From positions 33,914,001 through 33,978,000 of the forward strand of contig NC_042998.1 in assembly GCF_006345805.1 (NCBI RefSeq): a DNA stretch of 64,000 nucleotides, read 5' to 3'. Origin of the DNA: Octopus sinensis. Its lineage: Eukaryota. Under the pieces are notes generated by a model, which saw only the letters and a program-made list of their open reading frames with translations, had not been told where the DNA came from and ran no database searches. Both the position numbers and the translations under genes were made by a program. Shown piece after piece: positions 1 to 13,256 of this stretch. Position 1 is the first letter of the stretch; every line of letters begins with the position of its first letter.

Positions 1-1292
1 TATATCGTTTTTATTTTTCCATAAAATGTCCACTTTCGTTGGTCATTTTATGGAAAGAAAATAATAGCTAATAAAAAAGTAAAAACATTAAAAAAGAACG
101 ATAACCAGATTCTGAAATGGTCCATTAGAAGATACCCCGCTCCTTTTCCTGTACATCAAAAGTATAGAAAGACGGTGTCTACATTTCATTTTACTTCAGC
201 CACAGCTAGGCTTTGTAATAATTCATTTTTTTTTTACTCCTATGGCTGTGCTTCAAATATTATTTAATGATAAGCTGTTAAAAACACAAATATTCAAATT
301 AGGCAACCCTCTAAAGTATTAGATAATAATAATAATAAAAAACATTGTGTACAGTGCTCAGGTGCACTACAACTCATCTAAAGTGTATGTATAATCAGGT
401 GTAGTTTCGGCGGATTTCGGAAAGCACGAGGGCCTTAAAGGATGCGGTGTCATGGCAGTCAAAACTATTAGCTGCTTTATATAAAAGCTAAGATTGTATG
501 CTGTTAATGAAGAAAAGAAGTTGGGTATGTTTTCTTCGATGAGTGATCAACGAATTGTGAACCCTTAAAAAAATTAATTTAGGCCATATATGTTAACCAA
601 ACTACTTTCACTTTGTCTAAGTTTAACTACTACTAAGTTAAACCGTATTTAACTAAGTTAAATACGATTGAATATTTTTATTCACTCCATGCTGCGGCCA
701 ACTTTTGTCATACAAGATTTGTTTTGTACAATTAAAATTATTCTTTGTGTTGTCACTCTATTCTCCTATTTAAAAGCCTTTAAAAAAATTTAATTTCTAG
801 TGTTGTGCGGGAACCATCATACCAAAGAATAGACCTAACGTTTCTCTGTGTCGTAAAAGGCGACTAAAAGAGGTTCAGGTAGGATTTGCACCCCACCCTC
901 GTAAAACCCTCACCAGCAACAACTACCCAAGCAAATCTATGGGTTGGAGGGTTGTCGTTTGAATGGTGCAAAGGTGTCATCCGCCAGGAGCAGGGAATCG
1001 CCAATAAATGGTGGAAGCAGCGACTTGCTGTTCCATCGCATTCCCCTGTACTACTACTACTACATCCTGAACAGAATCTATGAGTTCGTTCGGTCAACTA
1101 GAAATGGCAGCCAAAATCTGTAATCATACACAAAAAATAACTGCGACAAAAATATTCCACAGCGCCATACCTTAAGAAGTATTATGTCCGAAACGTCATA
1201 ACTCATTCTTTCCTTTTGGATCAACCTAATAATATTCACTGAGAACGTCTCTTGTACCTTTGTCTGTGTTTTAGCTCTTTGTATTTGCTTTC

Positions 1293-1871
1293 CACGACGG
1301 GCGAAATGCGTAGCCGTATTTCGTCTGCCGCTACGTTCTGAGTTCAAATTCCGCCGAGCTCGACTTTGCCTTTCATCCTTTCGGGGTCGATAAATTAAGT
1401 ACCAGTTACGCACTGGGGTCGATATAATCAACTTAATCCGTTTGTCTGTCCTTGTTTGTCCCCTCTGTGTTTAGCCCCTTGTGGGTAGTAAAGAAATAGG
1501 TATTTCGTCTGTCTTAAAGACGTTCTGAGTTCAAATTCCGCCGAGGTCGACTTTGCCTTTCATCCTTTCGGGGTCGATTAAATAAGTACCAGTTGCGCAC
1601 TGGGGTCGATATAATCGACTTAATCCGTTTGTCTGTCCTTGTTTGTCCCCTCTGTGTTTAGCCCCTTGTGGGTAGTAAAGAAATCGGTATTTCGTCTGCC
1701 GCTACGTTCTGAGTTCAAATTCCGCCGAGGTCGACTTTGCCTTTCATCCTTTCGGGGTCGATAAATTAAGTACCAGTTACACACTGGGGTCGATATAATC
1801 GACTTAATCCGTTTGTCTGTCCTTGTTTGTCCCCTCTGTGTTTAGCCCCTTGTGGATAGTAAAGAAATATA
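1293..1871 (+). mobile_element. Trimeric array of a tRNA-derived SINE with a Nin/Deu-type central domain
   Basis: Three units of about 186 bp containing GAGTTCAAATTCC (B box) and CTTTCATCCTTTCGGGGTCGAT. Flanked by the 15-bp TSD TTTGTATTTGCTTTC (1278-1292, 1872-1886). Confidence 0.85.
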
Positions 1872-2475
1872 TTTGTATTTGCTTTCTGCCACACACACAC
1901 ACACACGCGCGCATATGGGGCAGGGCAAAATTGGAAACTGAGGCAAAACGAGTAATTTCGTTTCCTAGTTCTTTTCTCCTTCCTATTTGAAATCATTACA
2001 CTGCATGTATTGCATCATCTTTGGGAGTTAAAATTGGTCAGCATAGTTGTTGTTGAGGTTGACAAAGTTTGAAACAATCAGGTGACATGCGTTTTTATTT
2101 ATTTTTCTCCAAGAAATATTCCCTCAACTTTGACCCAATAGTAACTGAGGTGCGTAATAAAATATCCGAAGTGCCACACAATGGAACTGAATCCAGGACC
2201 ATGTGGTTAGGAAGTAAGTTTCTTATCACAGAAGACACTCCTGCGCCTAAATATATATTATTTTTTTCTTGTTTCTGTCATAAGACTGTGGCCATGCTGG
2301 GGCACCGCCTTCAATTTTTTTCTCTCCTTGTTTCTTTTCTGTGTATCTTTCTGTCGAAGAGCGTAGGCTCGAAACGTAAAAGACTTGTTTTATTTCTATT
2401 CCTGAGCGCTATACTAATACAATTGTTTGTACTCCACCTGCCTTCGTCTTTTGTTTATTTTCGTAAACCTTCCCG

Positions 2476-2477
<2 letters not shown>

Positions 2478-2551
<74 letters not shown>

Positions 2552-2594
2552 GTGTGTATATATGTGTGTGCATATATATATGTGTGTATATATA

Positions 2595-2626
<32 letters not shown>

Positions 2627-2630
2627 CACA
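2478..2630. repeat. Compound (TA)n/(TG)n microsatellite, representative of many in the window
   Basis: Seen directly. It is the source of the YIYI/CVCV ORFs in the ORF track. Confidence 0.97.
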
Positions 2631-3159
2631 TACGTATGTTAATGTCTGTATATTTATGTGTATGTGTTTATGTATTTTGACTGGTTTTACTCATCAGATT
2701 GCGGCCATGTTGGGGCCCCGCCTTGGATTTTTTTTTTTTAGTTGACCTAAACCACCCCAGTTCTTTTTGTATTTTTTAGACTGGTATTATGCTACCGGTC
2801 GCTTTAGCCGAACCGCTAGGTTACGGGAACGTAAACACACCAGCTCCGGTCATCAAGCAGCGAGTGGGAACAGACACGCACACACGTGTGTATACGCGCG
2901 CGCGACGAGCTTATTTCAGCTTCCATCTACCAAATCCACTCACAAGGCTTTGGCCGGCTGGAGGCTATAGAAGAAACTTGTCGAAGGTGCCACACTGTGG
3001 GATCGAATCCAGGTTGAAAAAAAAAAAGCCGCGGTAATAAATTCACAGGAAATAGTCACAGGGGTTTTTGTCCGGGGCGGGGTCCGAGAGGGGGTTGTCT
3101 GGATCTCATAAATTAACTGACTTTTTTCCAAGCCAAAATTGTGACTTTATTACTAGTGC

Positions 3160-3415
3160 TTATTTAATCAACCCCGAAAGGATGAAAGGCAATGTCGATC
3201 TCGGCGGAATTTGAACACCGAACGTCTTTAAGACAGACGAAATACCTGTTTCTTTAATACCCACAAGGGGCTAAACACAGAGGGGACAAACAAGGACAGA
3301 CAAACGGATTAAGTTGATTATATCGACCCCAGTGCGTAACTGGTACTTAATTTATCCACTCCGAAAGGATGAAAGGCAAAGTCGACCTCAGCGTAATTTG
3401 AACTCAGAACGTACT
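3160..3415 (-). mobile_element. Nin/Deu-type SINE, partial dimer
   Basis: Reverse complement of the 1293-1871 unit, with the same tail-to-body junction near 3245. Confidence 0.8.
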
Positions 3416-3849
3416 GTGACTTTTTTTCCTGCAATTTTATTACTGGTCACTATGGGGATCGACTAGAATTTCCATCTCGCCTCCCATTTAAAGGGAAAAA
3501 AAAAAGTCTCGATAGTATAAGAGACATCGGATATTGTTGTGAAAGGCCCAGGGTATGTGTGTGTGTGTGTGTGTGAGGAGACAGCGAGGACGAAAGAAAA
3601 GAATGTTTATGGAGGAATAATTTTGATTAGAGCCAAAATGTGTGAGGAGAAGAGAGGATGAGGTGGAGGAGAGCAAACGACTTCCTAGTATTGTCATCAA
3701 CACTGCAATTAGGAGTTAATTATAGTGTTAAGGTTTTGAAACTAAGTCAGGCAACAAACTATATAGTCAGAAATACTAATTTCGAAGTTATTTGAAACTT
3801 GCGTGAAATAAAATAAATAACAATAAATTATTCAAAATTGACGCTTTCT

Positions 3850-4760
3850 TTTTTTTTACTGTACTTTGAAAGATCCGGCATTTACCAAAGCATCGACGTA
3901 AATACATATTCTCTCCGGAATGATCTGAAAATAGCAACAAAACTTTGCTTTTATTAGGTTCTTAGGTCGATGTAGCAACGATAGCATTGGATTAAATATT
4001 TGTAACAACAGTGATTTCTTTTTTTAAATATCTAGTAGCATTTAGTTCCGTTCCTCTACCTTCCGAAGTCTAACTGTCGAGATCGTATTTGTCTTTTATC
4101 GCATCAGAGTGAATGAATAAAAGCAAAACTGTTTCCTGGTATCGGTTCGAAAAAATAGTTAATTACACTGTATGTTACTAAGCTTTACTGTGTTTTCCTA
4201 AAAATCGGATTGTTATTTCGTTTCGTTGCTTCTATATTATTTGTTGAGCGACTCCTGATTAAAGTAATTCCTCGCCGCTACCACACCACCGGTTCTTTAA
4301 TCAAGCAGGAACAGAATTACATTTTAGTCGTAACCTATTCGTTCAGTCGTTCGTAATGGTTCAGGAACGATGATAATATCTTCATGTGACTATTTTAGTT
4401 GGAATATGCTCGTCATGTGACACCCGAGTATTACCTCAGTGTCATTAATACGGGTGTTTTGTGTCAATTCATTCTATTCTTGGGAATTTCTCAGGATAAA
4501 AAAAAAAAGAAAAAGATTCCACCGGTTGAAACGTTGTTTTGTCACCAGCAGTTTTTCAACACAGAGAAATATCTTTTACTTTTTATTATGTTAATGAAAT
4601 TGTGTGTCCGGTGTGGAAAATATCATGAAGTAAAACTATGCAAGAAAAGAAAAACAGCATTCTCATCGAAGCAATAACTAATCGATCGATTTGTTATCCT
4701 TTATTTAATCAAAACTAAAAAGGCACAAGTTAGAAGAAAAAACAAAACGAAAAGGTAATT
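3850..4760 (+). promoter_or_regulatory. Putative CLCN7 promoter / 5' region, free of recognisable repeats and visibly richer in CpG
   Basis: No recognisable SINE copies and many CG dinucleotides compared with the introns. Lies directly upstream of the first coding exon. The TSS is not determined. Confidence 0.55.
4382..4421 (+). promoter_or_regulatory. Two M-box/CLEAR-like E-boxes (TCATGTGAC at 4382-4390; GTCATGTGAC at 4412-4421)
   Basis: The motifs are seen directly. TCAYGTGA is the MiT/TFE (MITF/TFEB) consensus, and these copies lie about 500 bp upstream of the start codon of a lysosomal gene. Confidence 0.55.
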
Positions 4761-4895
4761 TTGTTAATATCGAAATAATGTCGCTATCATTTTCTCCTCT
4801 ATATAATACGGATATGATTATTTTGACAATTTTATTTCACGCTTTTTTAACAGTTGTCATTTATTTATTTCTGCTTTGTTTCTCAACAATTTTAG
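4755..4895 (+). other. CLCN7: Probable 5'UTR intron of CLCN7
   Basis: Donor AAG|GTAATT at 4755. A pyrimidine tract ending TTTTAG at 4895 lies 9 nt before the ATG. Confidence 0.5.
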
Positions 4896-4904
4896 CGAGA
4901 AGAT

Positions 4905-5000
4905 ATGAATAGAAGACGGTCAGAAACTGCCCCTTTACTCGGAGCCTACCATCGCCGATATTCAGCCAGCGAAGACGAAAGACGGGATCGTGCCTCTGAG
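4905..5000 (+). CDS. CLCN7: CLC-7 coding exon 1 (MNRRRSETAPLLGAYHRRYSASEDERRDRASE)
   Basis: ATG at 4905. ETAPLL fits the [DE]xxxLL lysosomal sorting motif of CLC-7 N-termini. Donor GAG|GTTAGT, phase 0. Confidence 0.8.
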
Positions 5001-6285
5001 GTTAGTTGAAACAGACACGTACCTGTTCGGTTCTTATGTAATCAGATTTCTTTCTCAATTAATTTGCTTCCAAACTTTTTGAGTTTGTTCTGCATAAACA
5101 CCAGCTACACCCATATCTGACTATTTTCACTTATACTTTGTTTAAAATAATTAATTGTATATATAGACCTGTTTCTTTTTTTTGTTTGTATCTATCTCTG
5201 TTTGTGTTGATTGGAAGAAAAATACCCTTCCTGCTAAAAGTACAACAACAACAAAAAAAGAAAAACCTATGTTACAGTTAAACTATCCATACTGTTTGGT
5301 GCATTCATTTACGGTCACATGAACTTAGAACGTCAGTAAATGAAAGATCCTGTGTGTGGCAGCTAGAAATAACAGTGAAATCCCATTCAAATTATACGTA
5401 AAATGACAATACGTTGGATAATATGGTCCTAAGGTTATAGAAAAGACAGGTTGACAATGATTAGAATGCGTGAACCACAAGCCTGCGCTACAAGGACTGA
5501 CATGGGGCTGAATAAATAACTTTAAAACTAAGCTACATAAACTTCAGGACCACGATCACACCTTGCAATTTCGGTGGTCGAATACCGATCACGGGTGCAG
5601 GAAGTCACAAAAATTTTTGTGTAAAATATATTTACGTTTTCTTTTCCTCTTCACACAACGAGGTCGTGTGGTGTGCTAGAAATAGCAGCCAAACAAAGCC
5701 TATAGTAAAGGGATATACGAAAGTGTAGTTTTAAATATATCTGGATGGTCACGGCTGAAATGCTTTTGATCATATTTCTCCTCGATCAGGGATAGCAATA
5801 TTGAATAATTGGTAGTCTTCTTTATAGTTGAGCTAAGCTCATTGTATGAAAATTATGAAATTTGACGGTATGTTCATAAATGCTTTCGAATCGTGACCAC
5901 CTCGTCGGCTTCTCGAGTATTGCGTATATAGCATTATACAATGAGTTCCCGATTCTTTTTTCGAGATAACAGGATATAATTTGCGGGAGATTTGGCTACT
6001 ACCTCTCGCAAGTCGAGCATCTTCTTGGAAGCCCTTTCGTTAGCTCCAAGAAATTAGTTTTGCATGAGACTGCATTGCAATTTCAAGTTACAATTAATTC
6101 CTTTGAGGATTTCTTATTGAAGACATTTTCAGTTCTCTTTGAAACAATAATTAATGGTTTTAACATTATTTTCGCAATTGTTAATGATTATTCAGGAAAC
6201 AATACGACGCCGCCTGTACTGTTCCAAAATCACGTTGAACCATTTTGCAAACTAAATAATTAAAAACTCGTTAGATAGTCTAGTT

Positions 6286-6578
6286 CAGTGGTTCTCAAAG
6301 TGGGCGGTATTGCACCACCCCCATTTGGGGACAGTGGAAAGTTCCAAGGGGGCGATAATGGGATAGCAATTCATGTAAAATGAGGGGAAATAATGGGCTA
6401 ATGATTCATGCAAAAACAACAAAATAATGGGTTTATTAGGTTTAGTTGTGAAATACAGTTGCTTTGGATTTGCTTCAGAAAGAGGTCTACGTTTGTGATG
6501 GTTACTAGCGGTGGGGGCGCAAGGAATGCAGCCTGGGTGTCAAATGGACGGCACCCCCTAAAAGTTTGGGAACCACTG
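6286..6578. mobile_element. hAT (Charlie-like) MITE
   Basis: TIRs CAGTGGTTCTCAAA...TTTGGGAACCACTG and a perfect 8-bp TSD GTCTAGTT (6278-6285, 6579-6586). Confidence 0.9.
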
Positions 6579-6757
6579 GTCTAGTTGAATGGTCACAGGT
6601 GCGACGGGAATTATTTTGATCTATGATCTGCCTAATCAAGTGTATCTTGATTAAATCAACATCAGTAGAAATATTTTTTTCGCCGTTGTACCAACATTTA
6701 TTTTTAGTTGTTTACTCCGTGGCATGTTAGCCATTGAATTCAACAGATTCTGTCTAT

Positions 6758-6851
<94 letters not shown>

Positions 6852-7757
6852 ATGCTTATATTTTCTCTTTTGCTCTATAACCCTGGGATTGTGCTGACAC
6901 TCCTTTCTAGTTCCGTCTGCCAATTGGCGATGCCATTCGAATACTGGTTACTCTTGCGGTCCCCTCTCAAAATTAGTGTTTTCCATTAAGTACATGCTTC
7001 AGTGAAACTTTCCAAGTTCTATATAAGTTTACCACTGGCTCAAATCTACATTTAATTAAAACCTCGTCAAAGTTGTTTTCGATGTTTATATCGTATTAAA
7101 ACTGATAGAAAATTTTAAGACTTAAAATGTCACATTTTTAATTTTAATTTTGCAGCAGTGTATGTATATATACATATAAACTACAATTTCATTGCTTCTG
7201 TTTGGGTTTCTCATTTTGCTTTTGTTTCAATCCAATACAAAAATAGGAAATAACCTATTTAAAACTTTAAAAAATGCGAGTCTGATTATGTTGAAATATA
7301 AATCCACGCTTTTGTTACTTAACAATGTGGTCAGCACTTTGTAAGTAAATGAAACTATAAAAATTTAACCTGAATGAAATGTTAAAATATTGATTCAGTT
7401 TCGTTTTCCTGGAATATTAAACCGAATTAAAAACAAAAGAAGTAGGGGTCACTTTTGCTTTCACGATGTAAGATAAACTTTGTTGGATATTTTACCTGTG
7501 ACCTCAACCTCAGTAGCATTTTAAAACAATCAATTCATTATTTAATTAATCTATCTAGTTTGAGTGGTTTATTTCTGGAGACAATATACATCACGGGACG
7601 GAAAAAAATTTATTTATCGTGTGTTCCCGCTAATCTGTAAGTTGTTTGACGTCAACAATTTCTATCTCATTCCTAAAACAAACATTGATGACAGCCTAGA
7701 CTAGGATTGATATTTGCACAGCGCACATAGCTGTGTATGTGTGTGTGTGGTGTGTGA

Positions 7758-7799
<42 letters not shown>

Positions 7800-8449
7800 T
7801 CACTGGTTTTAAAATGGTAGATGGAGGAATTTATATGGCCTTTATCAAGGCACCGGCATTAGCGAGGTCGTCCTGTTCTCAACGATAATCATCGTAGTCC
7901 TATATTTTCTCTGCTCGTATGCCTACCACTTTTGAGTGCCTTTTATTGAAGCCCCAACACTAGTGAGATTGCCTTGTATTTCATATAACCGAAGAGTCCT
8001 CGTTATGTGATGTGTTTGTTTGCTGGAGGCAAGTGACTCAAAGGGTGAGTGAAGTTAGCAAGAGCCTGATGGTTGAATCAGGGCGCTGGAGAAACGATGG
8101 ATAGTAATAAAGGTAGACAATGGTAAGTGTAAGTGTTGAGTGTCAAGAACAAGTGGCTCTGGGAAGAGGGAGTGATGACAGACAGAAGAGGGTGGGTGAT
8201 GATAAGGAGTGCCAGGCGCTACCAATTTTACTAACATTGGTAACATAATACAGTGAATAGGAGGATGAGCAGTAAGTAAAAGAGGAGTGCCAAGGGGCAG
8301 GAGAGGAACAAGGATGTAAATTTGACGAGGACGTTTTGGTGGAGATAACCCATTTGAGTGTGCATACACATAAACACACACGTTCTTTTGCTAGTTTCAG
8401 TCATTTGACTGCGGCCATGCTGGAGCACCGCCTTTACTCGAACAAATCA

Positions 8450-10480
8450 ACCTCAGGACTTATTCTTTGTAAGCCTTCTCTCTTCCAGACTCCTTCCGAT
8501 TCCTCTGATACCCCATTTTTCTCTTTACTCATTTCTACTCTATCGTTCATGGACATAAATATTGCACTCCACTGGATCATGTTCGTTTCATTTCTTCTTG
8601 TTTAGTCTTCTCAAATCTTGTACATTTTGGCGCCTACATGCATTATTGCAGTTTGTTTAACAAGCACCATATAATGCCCTTCATTCTGATACGGAAACCT
8701 TTTGTTACCTGCAGAAGTAACAACTCTCTCGACTTTCTTCAATCTACTTTTACTCTGGTTACTGCTAATTATGTTACCGGGGTAACAGAAACCTTCAACT
8801 GATAGAGCACCTTCTAGACATCTGAGACAATTCGTTTTCTGTGTACTTTTAATGCTTCTGTACATCTGTCCCAACAGAGTCATGCTTTTTCTGTCAGCCT
8901 GCCTGTTATTCCATTACACCTCTTATGCTCTCATATTTATAATGTATGAAAATTCCACCTATTCCTTCGATGCTCTCTGAGCAGAGCCACTTCCCTGAGA
9001 GTACCAAAATCCTGTCTCCTTTCCTATTTACTTTACTCATTGCTAAGTTTACTTGAGGCCTTATCTGAAATTTCTTGTAATTCTGTTACAGATTTAGTTA
9101 TACGAACAAGATCACTCAAATTAAGAGTTCTCGCAGACAGCCAGCCTTAAATTTCTAATGTCTGGAGAACTATGGTAAGTAGAAAGGAACTGAGAACCTG
9201 AGTAAGCCCTACCTGCATGCTAAATTTGTCGCTGTACTCATTACTGGCTCTCACCTTGCTGTCTACACTTTTCTCTGGCCCTCAGTCAAACTGCAGATCT
9301 CATCCAGGCTACTTCTCATCCTAATCTGTAATTTTTTCCCATTACTTCCATGACCTGATCTAATAGTTTGATACCTGTGCAGGTATCCAGTCAATAGATA
9401 TGACACCTTCTTGAACTACTTGGCTGTTTATTCTGGGGGATCCTAAGGCAGCGGTGAGCTGGCAGAACCGTTAGCACGCCGGGTGAAATGCGTAGCCGTG
9501 TTTCGTCTGCCATTACGTTCTGAGTTCAAATTCCACCGAGGTCGACTTTACCTTTCATCCTTTCGGGGTCGATAAATTAAGTACCAGTGCAACACTGGGG
9601 TCGATGTAATCGATTAAATCCGTTTGTCTGTCCTTGTTTGTCCCCTCTATGTTTAGTCCCTTGTGGGTAATAAAGAAACATATTCTGGGGCATCATCTTA
9701 CCATAGAGCATTGGTGACCCTCTTACTTTCTACTTCTTTCTATGCTACATACATCTAATTACTTTCTCTGCTGTTTCCTTTCTTTCACTCTTTCCATGCT
9801 TTATCTCTTGGCTTTCATGGCTCTATTTCTAGTACTACTCTAGCACCAAGTCACCATCCATCTGGTAATAACCTTAACCCAGCCACAGATTCCCCAGTAA
9901 GAAAACTTCTAATTCTTCTCTATTATGTTTCCATCTTCTCTTCCCTTCTGGAATATGCTTCAACTAAGTTCTCTGAATTTCTGATCCTTCAATGGCTTTT
10001 TTAATTTTCTTCCTTCTTCAAACTGTTTTATGTTTCTGGGTTTGTCTAGCTTTTACTTCGGAATTCCTAATTGGTAACTTTCTCTGAGAATGACTGACTT
10101 AGCATCCGCAAACCATCTGGCTGTCATTTTTCCTGAAGAGAAGTCTATCCAGCTTGTGTGTTCACTTGATTAGTCGGTGATGATGCGGTTGACTTCTTGC
10201 AGTTAGTGTAGCACATTATCAAGTCATTGCTGTCACAGAACTCCAGGAACCTTGTTCTCTCTCCATTTATCAAATGGAAGTCACAGCTTCTATAGAATCC
10301 TTTATAATACCAACATCTCCACTGAAGTCACCAGGCATGATGATGTCATTGTCATTCCTCATTGACGTAGTTACAATTGTGCCTCATAGAATCAGTCCTG
10401 TTCATCTTCACTATCCAAATTGCGAAGCACAAGTGGAGTTGTCATTATTTATATCATCCATATTTCGTTTATACTTATTC
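8450..10480 (-). mobile_element. Decayed RTE-clade LINE (endonuclease and RT C-terminal remnants), interrupted by a SINE
   Basis: Minus-strand GDFSGDVG near 10310-10333 followed by RFLEFCDSNDLIMCYTN (APE-like). EGFCYPGNIISS in ORF 8611-8883 resembles the RT C-terminus. Many stops and frameshifts. Confidence 0.7.
9452..9679 (+). mobile_element. Nin/Deu-type SINE nested in the RTE LINE
   Basis: Full head (GAGCTGGCAGAACCGTTAG) and body. The imperfect TSD TATTCTGGGG flanks it. Confidence 0.8.
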
Positions 10481-10521
10481 TATCACACACTTTGACCCCT
10501 TCATATTTATAAACATACATT

Positions 10522-10775
10522 GTGGAGGCGCGTGGCTTAGTGGTTAGAGTGTCAGCATCATGATTGTAAGATTGAGGTTTCAATTCCTAGACCGCATGAC
10601 GCGTTGTGTTCTTGAGCAAAACACTTCATTACCTGTTGCTCCAGTCCACTCAGCTGGCAAAAATGAGTAACGCTGCGATGGACTGGCATCCTGTCCCGCT
10701 GGGGAACGCATACACCATTGAAACCAGGAAACCGATCCCATGAGCCTGGCTAGGTTTTAAAAGGGCGCATTTATT
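10522..10775 (+). mobile_element. tRNA-derived SINE with CORE/V-like central domain
   Basis: A box GTGGCTTAGTGG, B-box-like GGTTTCAATTCC, then TGTGTTCTTGAGCAAAACACTT and GATGGACTGGCATCCTGTCC. Related partial copies near 11890-12170, 47200-47490 and 49640-50210. Confidence 0.6.
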
Positions 10776-11369
10776 TTACACTACACTCACAGAGTGGTTG
10801 GCATTAGGAAGGGCATCCAACTGTAGAAACACTGCCAGATCAGACTGGAGCCTGGTGCAGCCTCTTGGCTTCCCAGACCCCAGTCGAACCGTCCAACCCA
10901 TGCTAGCATGGAAAACGGACGTTAAACGATGATGATGATGTATGTCTGTGTATCTGCCCATTTCTCTACCAACTGTATGCTTCCCCCACCCGCACTGTCA
11001 CTGCTAGCTACTCAGAAAAATTCAAACTTTTGTACTTGCCATTGAAGAGTCCAATTGAGGTTCCTCTCCATCTCACCTTCTGCACATGGCACACAATCTA
11101 CATAATTCAGCTCTAGCATCTCAATAGTCTTTCCAGATTGATAAGGAAAAAAGTGAGTGGCTAGTTTGAAGTTTGTTTCATGATTTAAGAAGAAAACGAA
11201 AAATGATTGATTGTAGAAACATGCAGATGTTGCTTATAATGAATTGCTATCATCATAAATCATTGAATCCGTTACAGGCAGACATACTTGAAGAGATGTC
11301 CAGCTGGACACTGTCAGGCCTCCACTGGGAACAAAGAGAGAGTGTGTGATAAGTTTGTAATAATGAGCA

Positions 11370-11409
<40 letters not shown>

Positions 11410-11764
11410 CTTATATATATATATATTGTGTTTGTGTGGCTTTATATATATATATGGGTGTGTGTAGAGAGAGAGATAAGATAAATTACTGGGAAATGGA
11501 TGCATGGCGTTCAATCATATAAATGATAAATAAAATATATATAGGCATATATACATATATGTACATACTGATGTATGTGTGTGTATATATATGTATATAT
11601 ATATATATGCATAAATGGGTACAGGATGTCACAATATGTAAACAAGGGTCATTCTTTTTGTTGTCTTGTTTTCCATTTGTTTCTTTTGTTCACAAAAAAA
11701 AAAGTCTTTGTATTTCAGATTTCATGTTTACATATTGTGACGTCCTGTACCCATATATGCATGC

Positions 11765-11805
<41 letters not shown>

Positions 11806-11842
11806 TATATATGTCAGTATGTACATATGTGTATGTTATATG

Positions 11843-11880
<38 letters not shown>

Positions 11881-12382
11881 GAAATGTCGCTCTTTTCAAG
11901 TCTAGCCAGGCTCATGGGCCTGGTTTCCAGGTTTCTGTGGCGTATGTGTTTCCCCCAGCTGGACGGGACGCCAGTCCATCACAGCGTTACTCAAGAAACA
12001 GGAAGAGAGAGTGAGAGAAAGTTGTGGCGAAAGAGTACAACAGGGGTCCCCACCATCCCCTGCCAGAGCCTCATGAAGCTTTTAGGTGTTTTCGCTCAGT
12101 AAACAAACAAAATGCCCGGTCTAGGAATTGAAACCACAATCCTCTGACCGCGAGTCCACTGCCTCCACCTATATTCCAGCCGTAGAAACATTGCCAGATC
12201 AGACTGGACCTGGTGCAGCCTTCTGGCTTCCCAGACCCCAGTTGAATTGTCCAACCCATGCTAGCATGGAAAGCGGACGCTAAATGATGATGATGATGAT
12301 ATATATATATATAGCAATACATGACTTCACATCAAGAATCTTGAATTATAAATGTATGTGTTTGTATATATGTATGTGTGTG

Positions 12383-12439
<57 letters not shown>

Positions 12440-12769
12440 TATAATATATTATTATTAATATCAGGAAATCAATATATATATATACACACACACATATATA
12501 TATAAAATGTACTGATCCATGATAGAAAATTCAACAAAAAAAGTCCTCCATCTGGTGAAAGATAAATATTATTTATTTAAAGGTCACAATACTTGTACTA
12601 AAGTGCTACTAATAGTTTCATATGTTCAAAAAACTCAAATATATTCATCAGGCACAAACCACACATCATAACGAACTAAAAAAAAATTGAATAATAGAAG
12701 AACCACGAAAAAACTGAGCAAGCAACATATAGAAAAACGCAGACTGTAAAAATATATATATATCATTAT

Positions 12770-13056
12770 CATTTAATATACTCTCTCTCTCTCTATCCGC
12801 TCAGTCGAAGTCGACTCTCGGTCACTCGTTGGATCAGTGTCCTCCAGTCAGTTCTATCCTGGGCCACTTCCTTCAGACTGGCCATGTCCATTCCGGTATC
12901 ACTCTTGATGGCGTCAAGCCAGCAGGTTCTTGGTCGGCCTCTTCCTCTCTTGCCACTGACCATTCCGAGCATGATGTCCTTCTCCAGGGATTCTCTCCGC
13001 ATAATATGACCGAAATATGCCAATCTACGCTTGGTGATCCCAGCTTCTAGTGACAT
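12770..13056 (-). mobile_element. 5'-truncated 3' end of an RTE (BovB-like) LINE
   Basis: Open ORF 12793-13056 contains RRLAYFGHIMRR, GKRGRGRPRTCWLD and AQDRTDWR, the typical RTE ORF C-terminus. Followed by a simple-repeat tail. Confidence 0.9.
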
Positions 13057-13256
13057 TTTATATTGGTTTCAAATGTTGGCTCAAGGCCAGTAAATTAGGA
13101 GGAGGAGGAAGTTTTAAGTTGGTTACATTGATGCTCAGTACTCAGTGATGCTGATCAAATCTTGGAGCACTGAACAAAGTGAATAATGCTGGGAGATATT
13201 GAGTGATGGATTGAGCGATTGACCGAGATGTTGCATTTTTAAGATAAATTCAATCC

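Noticed and set aside
830-885. HDV-like ribozyme at an RTE-type 5' motif (GTCGTAAAAGGCGACTAA)
   Set aside because: A P4-like hairpin and CTAA are present, but I could not build P1, P3 or P1.1 from the upstream sequence.
1120-1172. Minus-strand MALWNIFVAVIFCV matching SMIM7 ALWNIF
   Set aside because: It is preceded by an in-frame stop, lies just past a likely donor and lacks an acceptor, so it is treated as chance.
2069-2745. Long ORFs rich in YIYI/CVCV/HTHT (also 6651-6989, 11523-12102, 15566-16025 and others)
   Set aside because: They are translations of (TA)n/(TG)n microsatellites, which lack stop codons.
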